In this document: positions 41,841-42,640 of the stretch, in pieces
Layout: each line of letters opens with the position of its first letter
How positions within the stretch are numbered: position 1 is the first letter of the stretch
Assembly (NCBI GenBank): GCA_050735075.1
Contig: JBOHVJ010000474.1
Coordinates: 1 to 42,640 of the forward strand
Length of the DNA: 42,640 nucleotides
Source of the DNA: Candidatus Binatia bacterium
Lineage (GTDB): Bacteria; Desulfobacterota; Binatia; UBA9968
Direction: 5' to 3'
Translations under genes and position numbers: made by a program
Notes under the pieces: generated by a model
Database searches by the model: none
Told to the model about the DNA's origin: nothing
The model's input: the letters and a program-made list of their open reading frames with translations, nothing else

Positions 41841-42042
41841 GTAGGGGGCAGCTAGGGGGCAGGATCTGTGCCCCCCGTTTCCGCAGGTCAGCGATTTGTT
41901 TGGTGATCAAGGGGGCACCCTAATGCCCCCCAAAATCAATAATACTTCGCATAAAAATCTAGGACAAAACTGGACATAATTCCAGGGCAAAGTATTTAAA
42001 ACGGGCATATCGGGCAATGTTACTAGTCAGTAGGGGGCAGCT
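41841..42042. repeat. cluster of GGGGGCA / TGCCCCC heptamers (two palindromic units plus direct copies)
   Basis: GGGGGCA at 41844, 41855, 41911 and 42033; TGCCCCC at 41869 and 41924. Palindromes are GGGGGCA-N7-TGCCCCC (41855-41875) and GGGGGCA-N6-TGCCCCC (41911-41930). The 13-mer GTAGGGGGCAGCT is repeated at 41841 and 42030. Confidence 0.75.
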
Positions 42043-42049
42043 TCGTTTC

Positions 42050-42640
42050 AACCTCCCTCAGTAACGTAGAGCGCACTGTGCACGATACTACAATACACTA
42101 TTGCATTCCCTATGATTGTCACTCTATGTCATTGTTTCTATTCGCTAGTTTATACATCAACTACCATTATGAATGTTGTATTGTAATCCCAATGTACCAT
42201 TCACCTTTCCCAATTGATAGTTGACGCTTAAACCATCCTAGGAAGGTGATTCGGACACAATAGGACATAATACCCCAATATTATAACGATTGGGTAACTA
42301 TGTGTCCGTTTTATGGTGATTTGGCTTGGTGATGTTGCCGCCGGTGCCTCGCTGTGGTACGCTGATTCACGCCACAGCAATGCCGCACAATTGATTTAGC
42401 GCTTCCGCCATAGGCTCCGTCTTATTGCACATGCCGCGAGCCTTTTTAAAACTCAATAGCAATAGTCGGCTAAGCGCTTAAATAGCAATACGCAATAACG
42501 CCGAATGGCGTGAATGTATTACGCAGGAAACAAAAGAATGTGAATGTTATATTGTAATCTCCTTTGCGTACACGGGTGGGAATTAAACTAATTATTAAAA
42601 TAATATTAAATCAAAGATTTATATATATATTTTATATAAT
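42050..42640. other. ORF-free, AT-richer terminal region ending in a near-pure A/T tract
   Basis: No ORF >=60 aa in any frame from 41813 to the end of the window. Short hairpins at 42351-42378 and 42498-42511. A 20-mer is repeated with 2 mismatches (42171-42190 and 42542-42561). The last ~60 nt are almost entirely A/T. Confidence 0.5.

Noticed and set aside
1-42640. Terminal direct repeats, prophage boundaries or att sites at the window ends
   Set aside because: I saw no shared sequence between the first and last few hundred nt and no integrase. The physical termini cannot be deduced from sequence alone.

Overview
The window reads as a complete or near-complete ~42.6 kb dsDNA tailed-phage genome (siphovirus-like, HK97-type head module), with almost all genes on the minus strand. 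Order from the right end leftwards: (1) a ~1.07 kb ORF-free terminal/control region with tandem repeats, G5CA palindromes and an AT-rich tip. (2) Packaging, head and tail genes: terS, a membrane gene, terL, a membrane gene, portal, ClpP-type prohead protease/scaffold, HK97-fold major capsid, small head proteins, connectors, two paralogous tail-tube genes, G/GT chaperone with a -1 frameshift, tape measure, and a 1143-aa Dit/Tal-like tail protein. (3) An M15-type lysin plus holin. (4) A block of small unknown and membrane genes that includes a secreted metzincin protease. (5) A replication/recombination module: SNF2 helicase, Cas4/RecB-like nuclease, Sak4-like ATPase, acid-tailed SSB-like protein, family-4 UDG, family-A DNA polymerase, RuvC-like resolvase, and primase-polymerase/SF3 helicase. 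(6) A displaced LamG-plus-repeat fibre-like gene. Only a short, visibly GC-richer 4-gene cassette (60-1170) is on the plus strand; it converges on a bidirectional terminator. Gene packing is tight, with many ATGA start/stop overlaps. I saw no integrase, repressor, canonical tRNA, rRNA, CRISPR array or transposase, so the phage is probably virulent. The AGGAG-type SD sequences, TANNNT-type -10 boxes and the snapalysin/matrixin-like protease suggest a Gram-positive, possibly actinobacterial host; this is a low-confidence inference. Most unusual items: (a) a ~530-nt ORF-poor, highly self-complementary locus (6291-6818) with an embedded non-canonical tRNA-like minihelix, a candidate large structured phage RNA; (b) two hyper-charged acidic proteins, one ending in an SSB-tip-like DDDEPW; (c) a G5CA/TGCCCCC palindrome cluster and DnaA-box-like tandem repeats in the ORF-free right end; (d) membrane and lipoprotein micro-genes interleaved with the packaging, tail and replication operons. 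All functional calls come from motif recognition by eye. No homology search, folding or statistics program was run.
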